Shown: piece after piece, positions 8,552 through 17,651 of the stretch | Layout of the letters: each line of letters starts with the position of its first letter | How positions within the stretch are numbered: position 1 is the first letter of the stretch | NCBI GenBank assembly: GCA_965205505.1 | Contig: CBDBHB010000009.1 | Location: forward strand, 2,208,001 to 2,272,000 | Length of the DNA stretch: 64,000 nucleotides | Source: Acidobacteriota bacterium | GTDB lineage: Bacteria > Acidobacteriota > UBA890 > WLXD01 | Direction: 5' to 3' | The notes under the pieces: model-generated | Database searches by the model: none | What the model was told of the DNA's origin: nothing | What the model saw: only the letters and a program-made list of their open reading frames with translations | Made by a program: the position numbers and the translations under genes

Positions 8552-10954
8552 ATGGGAAATCCTGGCACCGCCGCAGCGATCGACAACCCCGCGGCGGGTT
8601 TGTCTCCGCGCTGGCCATCGCGGCTGCCGACGCGCTACCGGCGCCTACGCAACCTAGAGCACCAGCACCCGAAGCTCACCGGCGGCCTGTGCGACGTGCT
8701 GCCGCGGGCGGTGCTGGCGCGGCTGCCGAGCTTTCCGCACCCGTGGCCGGAGGATCTCGCCGCGGAGCTGACGCCAGAGCTGGTAGCCGAAGCGCTACTC
8801 CAGCTGGTGCCGCACGTCGGCGACGACACCTCCTCGGGCTCGAGGTTCTTTCAGACGATCCGCGACAGCCGCGGCCAATGGAACAAGGAAGTGTCCTGGC
8901 ACCGTGGGCTGGTGATCCTGCCGCCGCTCGGCGCGGCTCACTGGTTGAACCAGCTGGTGCTCGGCTCCCCGTTGCAAGATGCGCGTGGGCGTGTTCGTCA
9001 CCTGGTGATCGACTACGACGGGCCACAGCACCTCTGCGACCCTGAGACACGACACGAAGCGCTGCGCGAGATCCGCGCCGCTGGCGTGCCCGTCTGGTTC
9101 GCCACGCGGCCGAGTTGCAACCGCGAGCACTCGATGCACGTGTACGTGCTGCTGAATCGGCCGATGCCGGCGAAGGAGGCGGCCGAGCATGTGCGTCGTC
9201 TGTTGCGCACCAAGCCGGGCGCGCCGCCAGGGCAGTGGTGCGAGATCCTGGTGCGTGCTTGTCGTCTGCCGGCCGGCCTCGACGCCGCCCGGCTCCACCC
9301 CGCCACGGGTGCCGAGCTTAAGGAATCGCCGGGTGAGCAGCTGCGCGCGATTCTGCAGCTGCGCGGCACCTGTGACCGGTTCCGGGTGTGCGGGCCTCGA
9401 ATTCGTATCTCGGGGATCGGGCAGAACACTCGTGTAGGCCTCGCCGCAGGTCCGGGTTCGGATACGTGCCCCAATCGGTCAACGTTGCCGCTCGAGGCGA
9501 TCGCAGCCGCAGCCGAGGCACGAACCGAGCGCTACGAGTCCGCGGAAGCCGCGGGCGGTGAGCGGCCGCGCTTCGGATCCGTCGGGCCACTACCGTGGGA
9601 CGAGCCGTGCGAGATCGCACAGCTGTTGCGCTCCGGATCGGTGTACCCTGGCTACCGCAATGGAACCGCCCGCGCCATCGGGCACTTCGCGCACGCTGCG
9701 GGCCTCGACCTGGATGCGACGCTCACCGCCTTCGACGCGATCACGTTCCAGGGCGCCACGTGCACCGAGCTGCGCGGCTGGCGAGCCGACTGTACGAGAT
9801 CCTACGCACGCGGTGCCGAGCTGCTGCGCAACCCCGCCGCGACCGAGGCCTCGATGCCGATGCCTGACAAGCTCCGGGAGATCGCCGCAGCCGAGCTCGA
9901 GCAGCTGCCCGACGACGTGCGCTCCCGCCTCGAGGCCGACGTGGCCGAGATCCCACACCGGGCATTGCGGCGCGCGTTCCTGCGCCTCGTCGGTTATACG
10001 CTTGCCCGGTGCCGGCAAGGGCGGCCCGATGTGCCGGCCTCGACGTTGCGCACTTTGGTCGGTACGCTGCGCTGGTGCAAACCAGCGATCGAACGCGCCG
10101 TGCTCCTCGGCTGGCTCCGGATCGAACGCGAGGCCGATCGCCTCAAGCACCGCTGCCGGCGCTTTGCACCAGGTCCTCAAGCTAACGCTCCGGCTCCCGA
10201 TCCCGTGCCCGGGTGCATCATCGAGTTCCCCATGCAGCACAGGAGGTTTTTGGGTACACCTAAAGACCCGAAGGGGCACGGACTGAGGATTACTACCCCA
10301 GAGGATGTGACCCTGGCGAGAATGCGACCCTGGCAAGGGGACGAGGGGATCGGGGGCCGCTGGGCGCCGCCCGAGCGGCGAGGGCGACGACGACGGGTAT
10401 TACGAGAACCGCTGCCGCCACCGCCTACAGTCGCTGGCGAGTCCACTGTTGCCGAGCTCGGGAAGCTCGCCGCTGGCCCATGTCACCGGCCGCGAGCGAC
10501 TGCCTGCGCCCGTAGGAGAGCTCGGATGAGCATGCGGGTGCGAATGCGCCGCGCCGTGTCTCGCGCTTCACTTCGGGTGGCCGTTCGATCCAGACACACC
10601 AGCGGCGCCAGCGGCCGCAATGGCGGTTCCGGTTCGGCCTGCGCCGCCCGCTGGCTCGCGCGGCGACACCTCAAGGTCCCGGTGGAATCTGAGCACACGG
10701 TGCGCGCGGAGACGACCCCGGCGACTACTTCGTCTACCCGTTCGGTTGTGCCGAGAGCGTCATCATCGTGCGCAACCCGGCAGGTGAGATCAAAGCGTGC
10801 CCACAGCGTCTGCCGCCACCGCGGCTTGCGCCCTTGTCGTCACGATGCCGACGCGATCCCCGACGATCAGCGCCGCGCATCTGTACCGATCCGTCACCCC
10901 GTCGAACTCCAAGATCGGCTAGCACGCGCCGACGGCGCGGGAAACCGACACTGA
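8552..10954 (+). CDS. AEP-superfamily primase/replicase with PriCT-like and winged-helix regions; C-terminal ~200 aa probably read-through
   Basis: hhhDxD (LVIDYD), SxH (SMHVYVLL), RLP and GYRNGTA (PriCT-like) motifs. The tail runs into an unrelated Rieske fragment. Confidence 0.6.
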   Translation: MGNPGTAAAIDNPAAGLSPRWPSRLPTRYRRLRNLEHQHPKLTGGLCDVLPRAVLARLPSFPHPWPEDLAAELTPELVAEALLQLVPHVGDDTSSGSRFFQTIRDSRGQWNKEVSWHRGLVILPPLGAAHWLNQLVLGSPLQDARGRVRHLVIDYDGPQHLCDPETRHEALREIRAAGVPVWFATRPSCNREHSMHVYVLLNRPMPAKEAAEHVRRLLRTKPGAPPGQWCEILVRACRLPAGLDAARLHPATGAELKESPGEQLRAILQLRGTCDRFRVCGPRIRISGIGQNTRVGLAAGPGSDTCPNRSTLPLEAIAAAAEARTERYESAEAAGGERPRFGSVGPLPWDEPCEIAQLLRSGSVYPGYRNGTARAIGHFAHAAGLDLDATLTAFDAITFQGATCTELRGWRADCTRSYARGAELLRNPAATEASMPMPDKLREIAAAELEQLPDDVRSRLEADVAEIPHRALRRAFLRLVGYTLARCRQGRPDVPASTLRTLVGTLRWCKPAIERAVLLGWLRIEREADRLKHRCRRFAPGPQANAPAPDPVPGCIIEFPMQHRRFLGTPKDPKGHGLRITTPEDVTLARMRPWQGDEGIGGRWAPPERRGRRRRVLREPLPPPPTVAGESTVAELGKLAAGPCHRPRATACARRRARMSMRVRMRRAVSRASLRVAVRSRHTSGASGRNGGSGSACAARWLARRHLKVPVESEHTVRAETTPATTSSTRSVVPRASSSCATRQVRSKRAHSVCRHRGLRPCRHDADAIPDDQRRASVPIRHPVELQDRLARADGAGNRH
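10717..10845 (+). pseudogene. Frameshifted Rieske [2Fe-2S] oxygenase N-terminal fragment
   Basis: PGDYFRLPV / AESVIIVRNPAGEIKA / HSVCRHRG, read across frames. Confidence 0.55.
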
Positions 10955-10955
10955 C

Positions 10956-11543
10956 ATGTCGATCATGCCAACCTTCGCCGCACCCCGTACTCGAGAAGGG
11001 ACACCTTGTTGCCGGTGTGTGGCTGCAGGGGCGCTGTGCTACCAGCATCGCCACCGGCAAAAGACGCAAAAGACGCAGCTTAAAAAGAGCCAGAAGCGCC
11101 GGGCGAGAGCTGCCAGGAAGACGACGAAGTTCACCGCGCGCCGGAGAGCTCGTTACCTGGAACTGCTGGCGAGCGGTGCGCTGCGCGGTGCAGCCGCGAA
11201 GGCCGTTGGCGTTGGCCGCAGCACCCCGCTGCGGGCAATGCGCGACGAGCCCGACTTTGCTGCCGCGGTCGAAGAAGCCGAGATGCAGGCAGACTCGGAG
11301 GTTCAGCGAGCACTGTTCCTAGCGGCCACGGAAGACCGGAATGTCACCGCGATGCAGGTGTGGCTGTACAACCGCGTACCGGGCGCGTGGGTGAATTCGC
11401 AGCGACGCGAAGTACACCACAAGATCTCGGACTCTGAACGTGTGCGTTTTGCGCAGGCGGCGGCCACGGCGGGGCTCAATGAGTCTCAGATCGAGACGCT
11501 TGCGCGGGCTCTTGAAGGTGCCGACGAGGACACGGAGCAGTGA
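10956..11543 (+). CDS. Terminase small subunit-like protein (HTH)
   Basis: AAAKAVGVGRST HTH, DEPDFAAAVEEA and NVTAMQVWLYNRVP. Coupled to TerL by GTGA. Start uncertain. Confidence 0.7.
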   Translation: MSIMPTFAAPRTREGTPCCRCVAAGALCYQHRHRQKTQKTQLKKSQKRRARAARKTTKFTARRRARYLELLASGALRGAAAKAVGVGRSTPLRAMRDEPDFAAAVEEAEMQADSEVQRALFLAATEDRNVTAMQVWLYNRVPGAWVNSQRREVHHKISDSERVRFAQAAATAGLNESQIETLARALEGADEDTEQ

Positions 11544-12982
11544 CGATGACCACGGCTCCCGCGCACACGGCACGGCTGCTGCGCGAGATCGGGGCCGCGC
11601 GCGGCGACGGCACGCTGGGCCAGTTCGTGCGCCGCGCCTGGCGCATCGTGGAACCGCACACGGACTACGTTCATAGCTGGCACATCGAGGCGTTGTGCGA
11701 GGTGCTGGAATCCGTGAGCGCTGGCGACATCCCGCGCCTGATCGTCAACGTGCCGCCGGGCACCATGAAATTGCTGCTGGTGTCAGTGTTCTGGCCGGCG
11801 TGAGAGTGGGCCGAGAGGCCGGGCCTGCGCTACCTCGCCGCGTCCTACGGCTCGGACCTGTCGCGGCGTGACAACTTGCGGCTGCGCGGGGTGATCGCGT
11901 CGCCGTGGTATCGGGACTACTGCGGCCTCCGGCTCGTCGAGGATCAGAACACGAAGACGCGCATGAACACCACAGCCGGCGGCTGGCGCATCGCCACGTC
12001 GGTAGGCGGTGTGGGAACCGGCGAGCACCCTGACCGGATCATCATCGACGACCCGATCACAGCCGCTAACGCGCGATCCTTAACCGAGCGGCAGGCGGTA
12101 CTGGACTGGTTCACGCAAACAGTGAGTACGCGCGGCGTCGCACGCGACAGCCGCACCGTGGTCGTAATGCAACGGTTCCACGAGCAGGATTTGGCCGGGC
12201 ACCTGCTGAATATGGGGAGCTGGCGGCATGTGTGCTTTCCCATGCGGTTCGAGCCTGAACGTTCCGATCCTTACGACGTGCGCACCGAGGCCGGCGAGCT
12301 GTTGTGGCCGGCGCTGTTTCCCGAGGCGGCCGTGCGTCAACTCGAACGCGATCTCGGGCCGTATGGAACCGCCGGGCAGTTGCAACAGCGGCCAGCGCCG
12401 CAAGGTGGCGGGCTGTTCAAGCGCGATTGGTTCGAGATCGTTGACGCGGCGCCGATTGATGCGCGGCGCTGTCGTGCATGGGACACCGCGAGCACCGAGG
12501 CCGGCGGTGACTACACCGCCGAAGTTCGCATGGCGAAGACGGCCACCGGGCTGTACTTCATCGAGCACGTCTACCGTGCCCAGAAGTCAGCGCATGGCGT
12601 GGACGTGGCGATTCGCTCGCTCGCCAGCAGTGACGGCACCGCGTGCCTGATCCGCGAAGAGCAAGAGCCCGGCTCCAGCGGCAAGGCTGTGATCGAGGCG
12701 CGACGGCGGGTTCTCGCGGGACACGATTACGGCGGCGATCGGGCGACGGGTGACAAGGTTGTGAGGGCGGGTCCGCTGCGCTCGCAAGCCGAAGGCGGCA
12801 ACGTGAAGCTCGTGCGCGGCGACTGGAACGAAGAGCTTCTGCAAGAGCTGGAGAGCTTTCCGTATGGCGCCCACGATGACCAGGTGGACGCGGCCGCGCT
12901 CGCCTTCAACACGCTGGCCGAGCCGCCGAAGAAGGTGAAGCGAGGCGGGACGTTTGGCCGGGCTTATCGGCGGGACTGGTGA
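11540..12982 (+). pseudogene. Terminase large subunit interrupted by an in-frame TGA (11801-11803)
   Basis: RLIVNVPPGTMK, FWPA*EW, IIIDDP, VMQRFHEQDL, AWDTA and HDDQVDA. Both ORFs are in one frame. Confidence 0.85.
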
Positions 12983-13197
12983 GTACGAAAGGCAGGGACA
13001 TGTAGGGACCCCGGAAGATCGACCCGGACGATACGTACCTCACCGTCACGGAGGCGGCGACGAAGTACCGCCTTCACCCGAAGACGATCCGCAAGTGGAT
13101 CCGGTGCCATGTCGTGTACGTCGGGCCACTCCGCACCATCCGGATCCGGGATTCGGACATGATCGACATCCAGACACCGACTCGAGGCGAAGAGTGA
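12979..13197 (+). pseudogene. Second HTH_17/excisionase-like gene with premature TAG (13003-13005); absent from the ORF track
   Basis: MSTKGRDM*GPRKIDPDDTYLTVTEAATKYRLHPKTIRKWIR. GTG overlaps the TerL stop. Confidence 0.65.
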
Positions 13198-13493
13198 CGC
13201 TCCGTGAACTCCACCGGCTGGTCGGCACCGAATGGCTGGGCAGCCGCGAGTACGGCGGCCAGCTGCATCTGCACGAGGCCGGGAGCGTGTCGGTGGTGGT
13301 CGTTTGCCGGCCGGTGTAATAGTCCGCACGGCAATCCCGTCGCACGACTACTGGAGGCGCACATGGCCGACCGGCGTCGTCTTGGGGGTACTGCGAAGAC
13401 TGCTGGTAGGCATTTTAGGGTGCCGGTTGCCTGCTGTCAGCACCGGATGCCGGTGATCGTCGGGGGGCGGGTGGACCTGCTGGACGTGGGGTG

Positions 13494-13522
13494 TTGACAT
13501 ACGATAAATTACTTATGATAAT
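13494..13522 (+). promoter_or_regulatory. sigma70-type promoter for the Cre-like recombinase
   Basis: TTGACA(13494)-17 bp-GATAAT(13517). The -10 lies inside the palindrome. Confidence 0.65.
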
Positions 13523-13541
13523 TAATCTTATCATAAGTAAT
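13508..13541. promoter_or_regulatory. loxP-like 34-bp recombination site (13-8-13)
   Basis: ATTACTTATGATA-ATTAATCT-TATCATAAGTAAT has perfect inverted arms and an asymmetric spacer, directly 5' of a Cre-like gene. Confidence 0.8.
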
Positions 13542-14544
13542 GACCCTCGAGATGAGCCCCATGACAACCCCCTCCAACAGTCGGGTTCCGAGCCTCCGGC
13601 CGGCCCCGGAGTCGGGCTCCGTTCCGGCCCGTGCCGCCCGCGATGCCGCCGCAACCCTGGCGGCCGCCTCGATGTCCGACAACACGCGCCGCGCCTACAC
13701 CGGCGCGCTGCGCCGCCTCGAGGCCTGGCTCGATGGCACCCCGCTCACCGACAATTCCCTCGCCGTCTATCTGGGCTCGCTGTTCGAGGCCGGCCGCTCG
13801 CCGGCGACGGCCTCAATGATCGTTGCGGCCGTACGGGCGCAGTACCGCCTCAGTGGAGAGCCCTCGCCCGTAGGCGAGGCCACGGCACGGGTTCTGGCCG
13901 GGTTCCGCCGCACTGGAGCTGAACGCTCGCGCGGACCGGCCACCGGCGTGCAATGGGGCCAGGCCGACGCTGCGGCCGCCGTTGCCGCCAACGGCTCCAA
14001 GAGCAACCACGGCTTGCGCGACGGGGCCATCGTCGCGGTCGGCTCGGCGGCGATGCTCCGGGTCTCGGAGCTGTCCGCGCTGCGCTGGAGCGACATCGAG
14101 GCCGACGGCGATCACACGATCACACTGCGCCGCTCCAAGACGGATCAAGAGGGGGCCGGAGTGACGCTCTACATCGGCGAGCCAACGGTGGCACGCCTGG
14201 AGGCCTGGCATGAGGCGCTGGGGGGGATCGGTGGTGACACCGGGCCCGACGCACCGGTGTTCGTGCGGTTGCACAAGGGCGGGCAGCGTGCGGGCTCCGA
14301 GCCGATCTCGGCCACGGCGCTGCGCGCCATTATCGCCCGGCGCTGCGCCAACGCGGGCGTGGAAGGCCGGGTGTCGGGCCACTCGCTGCGCATCGGTGCC
14401 GCACAGGACCTCGCCGCCGCGGGCGCTTCCCTGGTTGAGATGCAGCAGGCAGGCCGCTGGCTCTCGCCCACCATGCCGGCACGCTACGCTCGCGGACAGC
14501 TCGCCACCCGGGGTGCTGTGGCGCGGCTGCGCTTCGGCCAGTAG
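13540..14544 (+). CDS. Cre-like tyrosine recombinase
   Basis: SDNTRRAY, LRVSEL, RSKTDQ, SGHSLRIGAAQDL, AGRW and PARYAR give the R-K-H-R-W-Y catalytic set with the Cre-type Trp. The real start is probably ATG 13552 or 13561. Confidence 0.9.
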   Translation: MTLEMSPMTTPSNSRVPSLRPAPESGSVPARAARDAAATLAAASMSDNTRRAYTGALRRLEAWLDGTPLTDNSLAVYLGSLFEAGRSPATASMIVAAVRAQYRLSGEPSPVGEATARVLAGFRRTGAERSRGPATGVQWGQADAAAAVAANGSKSNHGLRDGAIVAVGSAAMLRVSELSALRWSDIEADGDHTITLRRSKTDQEGAGVTLYIGEPTVARLEAWHEALGGIGGDTGPDAPVFVRLHKGGQRAGSEPISATALRAIIARRCANAGVEGRVSGHSLRIGAAQDLAAAGASLVEMQQAGRWLSPTMPARYARGQLATRGAVARLRFGQ

Positions 14545-14579
14545 CGTGGCCGCCCACAATCCGCTCTCTCTGGCACCCA

Positions 14580-15215
14580 GTGCTCATCCGGGCAGCACGT
14601 GGTTGCGATTTGCGCGGGGGCGCAAGTACCTTCCGGGCTACGAGCGAAATCTCCCACCACCAGCCATCGCAAAGCTTGCGTGACCGCATGGCCCGTCTCG
14701 AGGGTAAAGTCGAAACGCTGATCGCGGCGTTCACGAAACCCGGTACAAGAGCCGCAGCTGCGGTGGTGTTTCTGGCGGCCGGCAGCCTGGCCGTCGCTGC
14801 GCAGGAACGAGGTCCGGACCGCGAGCCGCAGATCGCTGCGCAGTACCGCGAGGAGCTGCAGCCGGACGTTATGCTCGTTGACAAGCTCGGCCGGCAGCGG
14901 CCAGGCAATCGCTGCGGTACGCCGCCGTATACGGGGCCGCTGGACCCGGTTGCTTATCTATCGGACGACCGCGCCGCACCCACCGAGGTGCCAGTGTGGT
15001 TTCACGTGCTGTACCACAGAAAGAAGGGCGCGGACGTTGGCCGCGTTTCGGAGGCGGCAATCGAGGAGCAGATGGACGTGCTGAACGCATCCCTCAAGCG
15101 GCACGGGCTCACCTTCATGCTCGCCGGCATCACGTACACGAACAAGAAGTTCTGGTCGCGGCGGTGCTCCAAGCACGGGGCGGAGCTCCACGATTCGCTT
15201 CCACTGCCATTCTAG
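14580..15215 (+). pseudogene. Chimeric ORF with a truncated M43 (pappalysin-like) metalloprotease N-terminus
   Basis: RCGT, VPVWFHVL and IEEQMDVLN motifs, ending before any HExxH. Confidence 0.55.
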
Positions 15216-15229
15216 GGAGGCACACACAC

Positions 15230-15261
15230 GTTTCTATCCGCGCCCCCGTGCGGGGGGCGAC
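15230..15261 (-). CRISPR. Solitary type I-C-like CRISPR repeat (no array, no cas genes)
   Basis: GTCGCCCCCCGCACGGGGGCGCGGATAGAAAC: 32 nt, GTCGC start, internal hairpin, GAAAC end. One full copy only. Confidence 0.7.
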
Positions 15262-16252
15262 ACTTAGCCATAGCGCCTCCAGCCCAGCCAGTCGCGAACG
15301 GCCGCGGCAGTGAACTCAGGTCCGTTATCCGACCTGATGTGATCGGGTATTGCCCGGTGCACGAACAGCCACCCGAGCCGCTCGAGCACTTGCTCGGAGT
15401 TGAGCTTGCGCGCCACGTCGATCGCCAGGCTCTCGCGGGTGTACTCGTCCACGATCGTCAACATCCTCATGGACCGGCCATCGTGCGTCCGGTCATGGAT
15501 GAAGTCATACGCCCACACGTGGTTCTTGCGCTCCGGTCGCAGCCGGATACACGAGCCATCGTTGAACCAGAGCCGGGCTCGTTTGGGCTGCCTCTTCGGC
15601 ACTTTCAGGCCTTCGCTACGCCAGATCCGCTGCACTCGTTTGTGGTTCACGAGCCAGCCCTCCATGCGCATCAACGCCGTCACCCTCCGGTACCCATAAC
15701 GTCCATACTCCCGAGCTAACTCCACGATCCTGTCCCTCACCAGTTGCTCGTCGTCCGCCGGCCTCGGCACGTATCGCGGTGTCGTCCTGGGCTGCCTGAG
15801 CACCCGGCAGGATCGTCTTTCGGTTACGCCCAGCTGCCGTCGTACGTGAGCTACCGCCTCGCGCCGACGTGCTGGGCTCAGAAGTTTCCCTCCGCGACCT
15901 CCTTGAGGATCGCCAGGTCGAGCTCCTTGTCCGCCACCAGCTTCTTGAGCCGGGAGTTGTCCTTCTCGAGCTGTTTGAGCTTCCGCGCCTGGTTCAGCTT
16001 CAGCCCGCCGTACTCGCGCCGCCACCGGTAGTAGGTGTGCTCGGTTATCGCTAGCTTGCGACAGGCATCCTTGACCGTCGCGCCTCGCGCCAGCTCCACT
16101 TAACCCTCCCGGAGCTTGCGCACGATCTGCTCGGCGCTGTGCCTCTTGACCGGCATTCTGACCTCCCTTTCTGGTTGACCCAAACCCCGAAAACGGTGCC
16201 AGGTTGATGTTTAGGAAATCGGTGTACCGTCGTCCTCCAAGCAGGAGGACAG

Positions 16253-16519
16253 ATGAAGCGGAAGAGGTACACGGACGAGCAGATCGCCTACGCGCTGCGG
16301 CAGGCTGAGGCGGGCACGCCGATCAAGGAGGTGTGTCGCAAGCTGGGCGTCAGCGAGCAGACGTTCTACACGTGGCGCCGCAAGTTCGCCGGGATGGGCG
16401 TGGCCGAACTTCGGGAGCTACGACAACTCCGCCATGAGAACCGGAAGTTGAAGCAGCTGGTGGCAGATCTGAGCTTGGACAAGCACATGCTCCAGGAGGT
16501 GCTGTCAAAAAAGGTGTGA
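16253..16519 (+). CDS. IS3 transposase OrfA
   Basis: [18 protein letters not shown]...[14 protein letters not shown], with RBS GGAGG. Confidence 0.9.
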   Translation: MKRKRYTDEQIAYALRQAEAGTPIKEVCRKLGVSEQTFYTWRRKFAGMGVAELRELRQLRHENRKLKQLVADLSLDKHMLQEVLSKKV

Positions 16520-17370
16520 AGCCGGCGCGCAAGCGCGAGGTGGTGCGGTACCTGCAGGACGGGTTCCGTGTCAGTGAGCGTCGAGCGTGTCGGCTGATCG
16601 AGTTGTCGCGCACCAGCCATCGGTATCAGAGCACAAGGACGGACGACCCCGTGCTGCGGCGTCGTCTTGGCGAGCTCGCCGCGGCGCGTCCGCGGTTCGG
16701 GTATCGGAGGTTGTGCGTGTTGCTACGCCGCGAGGGATGGGTAGTGAACCAGAAGCGCGTGTATCGGATCTATCGAGAGGAGGGGCTGGAGGTACGGACC
16801 AAAAAGCGACGGCGCAAGCGGGCGAGTCACATACGGCTTGTGCTGCCGCCCGCAGAGCGGCCCAACGAGCGCTGGAGCATGGACTTCGTGACCGATCGGC
16901 TCGAGAGTGGCCGGCCGTTTCGGGTGCTGACGGTGGTCGATCAGTTTAGCCGTGAATGTCCGTTACTTGAGCCGGGCGTGTCGATGACCGGCAAGGCGGT
17001 GGCTGGAGCACTCGAGCGGCTGTCGTTTGCCGGGCCGTTGCCACGGGTCATCACCGTCGACAATGGCTCAGAATTCTACTCCCAGGCGATGGACTCCTGG
17101 GCGTACCGGAGAGGCGTGCAGTTGGAGTTCATTCGGCCGGGAAAGCCCGTGGAGAATGCGTTCATCGAGAGTTTCAACGGACGGCTTCGCGACGAATGCC
17201 TCAACGCCAACCTGTTCTTCTCGATCGATGACGCGCGCCGAAAACTGGAGGCTTGGAGGCTTGATTACAATACCCACAGACCACACAGCTCACTGAACGA
17301 TCGAACTCCTACGGAGTTCGCCAGGGGCTGGCAACCGGAGGCTTCGGAACACCGAATCCTAAACCTCTGA
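16516..17370 (+). CDS. IS3 transposase OrfB
   Basis: [28 protein letters not shown] and RPHSSL motifs. Confidence 0.9.
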   Translation: MKPARKREVVRYLQDGFRVSERRACRLIELSRTSHRYQSTRTDDPVLRRRLGELAAARPRFGYRRLCVLLRREGWVVNQKRVYRIYREEGLEVRTKKRRRKRASHIRLVLPPAERPNERWSMDFVTDRLESGRPFRVLTVVDQFSRECPLLEPGVSMTGKAVAGALERLSFAGPLPRVITVDNGSEFYSQAMDSWAYRRGVQLEFIRPGKPVENAFIESFNGRLRDECLNANLFFSIDDARRKLEAWRLDYNTHRPHSSLNDRTPTEFARGWQPEASEHRILNL

Positions 17371-17544
17371 CTGGTACTGATTTCGGGGTGGGGTCATGGT
17401 CCCAGATCGTGTGATTACATCTGGACCCGTTTTCGGGGGTCAGGTCAAGATCGCTCGGCAGCTGTCGGTACCGCGATCCACCGAGTCCCAAACTGGGCGT
17501 CGCTACGGAGCCCCTATGCAGGGACAACGACGCGCCGGTTGGGA

Positions 17545-17651
17545 TGAACTGCCCCAGGTAAGTGGGCCATTTCGTAACTCATAGAATCGGAGCTGGCGAC
17601 GTCGTTTCGGGTGCGGGTGCTCGATAGCCCAGCGAGCTATGGGGCCGCACC
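17545..17651 (-). mobile_element. IS3 right-end fragment
   Basis: [15 protein letters not shown]...APIL* followed by an IRR ending GGGGCAGTTCA. Confidence 0.75.

Larger units (their letters stand above)
16176..17396 (+). mobile_element. Intact IS3-family element with 4-bp target-site duplication TGGT
   Basis: IRs tgacccaaaccccgaaaacggtgccag / ctggtactgatttcggggtggggtca. TGGT at 16172-16175 and 17397-17400. A6G slippery site at 16507-16513. Confidence 0.93.
15281..17447 (-). mobile_element. Truncated IS3 copy whose left end is split by another IS
   Basis: Close paralog of 4840-6054. orfB is cut after DNGPEF...DWLG, orfA (15878-16156) has an in-frame TAA at 16100-16102, and the IRL resumes at 17401-17447. 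Confidence 0.85.

Noticed and set aside
11801-11803. Alternative genetic code or selenocysteine in TerL
   Set aside because: TGA ends neighbouring genes normally, the position expects Trp, and other lesions indicate decay.
15160-15261. Full CRISPR array
   Set aside because: Only one complete repeat is present, and the sequence one spacer away does not match.
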